Positions 62,513 through 64,000 of a DNA stretch of 64,000 nt are shown here, piece after piece. The position numbers and the translations under genes are program-made. This DNA is from Paraspadella gotoi (lineage: Eukaryota; Animalia; Chaetognatha): contig CM119270.1 of assembly GCA_051294375.1 (NCBI GenBank), positions 16,690,824 to 16,754,823 of the forward strand. The letters are read 5' to 3'. Position 1 is the first letter of the stretch. Each line of letters begins with the position of its first letter. The notes under the pieces are model-generated. The model saw only the letters and a list, made by a program, of their open reading frames with translations, ran no database searches and had not been told where the DNA came from.

Positions 62513-64000
62513 TTCGTGAATCGCAAGGTCGCCGCCAGGAGCGTCGTCATCGTCGTCATCATCCTCATTCGAGCGGAAATCCAAATATCACCGACTTTTT
62601 CAAAAACTTTTTTTTTTAAATTCTCTTTCGTTTTCTTTTCCGCCATTTTTTCTTTCTTTCCTTTTTTTTCTTCTTTCTTTTCTCTTTATTTCCAATTTTC
62701 TTTCCATTTCTCGTCGTCTTTCTTTCCTTCTTTCCGTCTAAACGCACGGTGAGGTTGTTTCACCGATTTTTGCGGATCTTTAATGGAACGGAAACCAAAC
62801 GCTTTTTTGAAGAGCGGTTTTTGGAGAAAGAGTTCTCGGAATCGTTTTGTTTTCAAAGGAGCTCTCGACGAAACAACTCGTTTTGCTAAGTGAGGGTTTT
62901 GAAGAATTTCCAAAAAAATGTTAAGAATTGTGGCATTTTTTAGAATCTGAGTGGAAAAAAAAAATCAATAGTTTTTAATCGGATTTAAACAAACAAAGAA
63001 GGAAGATGGAGATAAAGAAAATTTGTATCTCTAAAAATCCAAGTAAATTTTCGTTAGAACATAAAAACAGTAAAACACAACAAATTTTAAAAAGTTATAA
63101 TAATATTTTTTAAAAATTCAAAAAGTTGAAGAGAGAAAAAAAAGAAGAGGAGAAAGAAAAAAGCAAAAATGTGGATATTTCGAATCAGTTTTTTTTTTTC
63201 ACTACTACTTCTCCAAACTGAAGGACTTTTAGATTTTAAATAAGACGCGCGCGCCTTTCACTCTTTCACTTTTTTTCACTTTTTTCCTTCGCCGACACAA
63301 ACGAATTCACTTCGACTAACCTCGTCTTCACAAAAAAAAAACCCTTTAAGATTTGCATTCTCAAATTGGTTTCGTAAACTTTTTTCTTTTTCACAAAAAA
63401 AAAAAAAAACGAGAAGCGAAAAAGTTGGGCCACCCAGACGATCTTTCTGCCCGACTCCGCCCGGGGTTTAAGCTCTTTAGGATAATCGTTTCAATCCTCC
63501 TTTAGAATCACTCCTNNNNNNNNNNTTCACTCTACACTCTTCACTCGCAGAGCTTTGCTCTTCACTCCCGTTTACATTTCGAATCACTCTTTACTATTCA
63601 CACCCGTTAAGTTTAATTTAATATAAACTCCTTCTCTCTGAGTGAAGTTTTAACTTTTCAGTTCTGTTTTTATTTCAATAATCCCATCCTGAAAAAAATA
63701 AATATAAATAAGTAAATATAAAGAATCATTGGTTGGTAGGTATAAAATGTTTTCAATTTTAATTTAATAATCACAGTCATTTAATTTTACATCGGTGTTG
63801 ATTCTTTTTATCCATAACATTAGACCGATTATTCAACGACTTTATCTGGACAATAATCACCCAACGATTTTCGTCCCATCCCTCGGGCCCGATTGTTTCT
63901 AAATTTACCCTCTTCTATTCTATGAACCCACTTTTTTTCATCGGGACCTTTAGACTCATAACTCCACGGCCAGACTCCTAACTACATCCCTTTCACCATC

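Overview
Draft assembly of a eukaryote, most likely a protostome invertebrate: spliceosomal introns, microsatellite-rich, many N gaps, and stretches that look like unpolished long reads. No prokaryotic features, rRNA/tRNA or CRISPR were found. 1-17.2 kb holds two tandem, intron-containing TRPA-family channel genes on the minus strand (about 9 ankyrin repeats, 6-TM pore region, C-terminal coiled coil). Both also carry a conserved hydrophobic helix upstream of the ankyrin domain, i.e. a possible extra 'S0' transmembrane anchor, which is the most novel-looking signal here. 37-39 kb (+) and 51-52.6 kb (-) are two copies of one divergent ionotropic receptor (IR/iGluR-like). Most of 19-58 kb is the same DNA repeated 2-3 times in direct and inverted orientation (an ~8.7 kb and an ~27 kb palindrome), probably uncollapsed haplotypes or fold-back chimeric reads. 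Comparing the copies reveals presence/absence insertions: a TTAA-flanked Kolobok-like element, a TA-flanked MITE and a 2.4 kb TIR element. There are also two palindromic Penelope-type minimal hammerhead-ribozyme cassettes, a ~3.7 kb fold-back structure and a dispersed short repeat family. All alignments were done by eye, so boundaries are approximate unless splice sites or TSDs are given.
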